DNA of 64,000 nt from Leucoraja erinacea (lineage: Eukaryota), in assembly GCF_028641065.1 (NCBI RefSeq), contig NC_073386.1, positions 60,946,001 to 61,010,000 of the forward strand, written 5' to 3'. Shown piece after piece: positions 62,338 to 64,000 of the stretch. The position numbers and the translations under genes are program-made. The notes under the pieces were generated by a model. That model was given only the letters and a program-made list of their open reading frames with translations. It was not told the DNA's origin and made no database searches. The first letter of the stretch is position 1. The number at the start of each line of letters is the position of its first letter.

Positions 62338-64000
62338 AGCTGGACAAGGAGCACTTGGGCCAGCCCGCATTCCCGGGAGGGAAATGCTCCTCGGGCATCG
62401 CCAAGTCTCCGCTCACTACGGATGTTTNNNNNNNNNNNNNNNNNNNNNNNNNNNNNNNNNNNNNNNNNNNNNNNNNNNNNNNNNNNNNNNNNNNNNNNNN
62501 NNNNNNNNNNNNNNNNNNNNNNNNNNNNNNNNNNNNNNNNNNNNNNNNNNNNNNNNNNNNNNNNNNNNNNNNNNNNNNNNNNNNNNNNNNNNNNNNNNNN
62601 NNNNNNNNNNNNNNNNNNNNNNNNNNNNNNNNNNNNNNNNNNNNNNNNNNNNNNNNNNNNNNNNNNNNNNNNNNNNNNNNNNNNNNNNNNNNNNNNNNNN
62701 NNNNNNAAATGGGACCAGTTTATCCGGATGTTTTCGACCTTTCATTGACACACACACACACACACACACTGGCACACACAAGGTTTAAAGGGATGTAGGC
62801 CAAAAGCAGATAAATGGGACTAGTTTAGATGGGGCATCTTGATCTGCATGAACAAGTTGGGATGAAGGGCCTGTTTCCATGCTGTAAGACTATGACACAT
62901 TGTAGAAAGGGTGTAATTGCTCTGGAGAGTATCCAGGGGCGATTTATGAAGATGTTGGCAGGGCTGGAATTTTTTTTTTCATTTTGGAGAAAGATTTGAT
63001 AACTGGGATTGTAATCTCTGCAGTAACGGAGATGAAGGAAAAACTTAGATGAGGTGAAAAATATTATGAGAATCGGACCTATTTTGCTTAACAAACAGTG
63101 TAGGAAGGAACTGCAGATGCTGTTTTAAACTGAAGATAGACACTAAAAACTAGTAAAACTCAGCAGGACAGGCAGCATCTCTGGAGCGAAAGAATGGGTG
63201 ATGTTTTGGGTCGAGACCTTCAGACTGAAGAGGTTGAAACGCAATGATTTGAGATGTGTGTTATCCAGCTAAGGGCAGAAATCAGAATCACATGTTCATC
63301 TTTATTGACGTGACACCATAATAAACATATTACAGAAAAAATAATTTAATGGTGTGGCACGGTGGCGCAGCTGTAGAGTTGCTGCCTTACTATTACATGG
63401 GTTTTCTCTGGATATTCCGGTTTCTCCCATATCTGAAAGAAGTGCTGGTTTGTAGGTTAATTGGCTTCTGTAAATTGTCCCTGGCGTGATGGATGTAACT
63501 GGTATATGATAGATTGCTGGTCAGTGTGGCCTTGGTGGGCTGAAGTGCCTGTTTCCATTTATATATTTTACATATATATCTTAATTTCATTGAACCATAT
63601 ATGATTGAATATGCGGCATTATTTTCAACTTTTTTCTAAATTCAAAAGGTAAGGATGATTGATTTATTTGTACAGACAGTGGTGGAAGTCCGACTCTTGC
63701 CTTATTTCTCTGTGTTTATCTCTATATATATATATATGCATAACAGCATGAATATAATCTGATTTCCATACATGAATATAATCATTCATGTGCTGCACCA
63801 TGTGCTGTTGATCAGAGCCTGGCTCTATTGTCGAATGTAATCAGGAATGCAATTCAGCCTAACCTTATTCATACCTAATCCAATTTAAAGCATAAATGTT
63901 GCATTCAAGTGTAAGTTAAAAGACTCACTACAGTATGCACCAGATTGCACAATTTAAAGCTGAAAAATGCGAAAGCTCCCTACCCCTACCATGGGGTGGG

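Noticed and set aside
61925-62427. GC-rich ORF fragment with a 32-bp repeat
   Set aside because: Possibly a LINE ORF1 fragment, but cut by a gap and with no diagnostic motif.

Overview
Repeat-dense genomic DNA from a cartilaginous fish, most likely a skate (Rajidae). It contains one immunoglobulin heavy-chain minilocus of the IgW (skate IgX) class on the minus strand, at about 30.0-53.8 kb. Order in the direction of transcription: TATA, leader, VH-RSS23, RSS12-D1-RSS22, RSS12-D2-RSS12, RSS23-JH, CH1, Cys-rich short secretory exon, CH3, CH4, candidate second secretory exon, CH5, CH6 with tailpiece, CH3', CH4' (damaged), TM. Unusual points: no CH2 exon is visible; a diverged CH3'/CH4' pair lies downstream of the tailpiece and directly upstream of TM; CH3' and CH4' read through in frame once a Harbinger-type MITE is removed; the JH-CH1 intron holds a switch-region-like (GAGCTGGGTGCTGGGGGGAG)n repeat; and VH has a 1-nt frameshift in CDR2. 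The rest is transposon-derived: a near full-length CR1, many CR1 fragments, L1 and Tx1-like LINEs, Penelope fragments with hammerhead-like terminal motifs, tRNA-derived SINEs and MITEs. There are three assembly gaps. All coordinates and identities were worked out by hand and no database searches were run.
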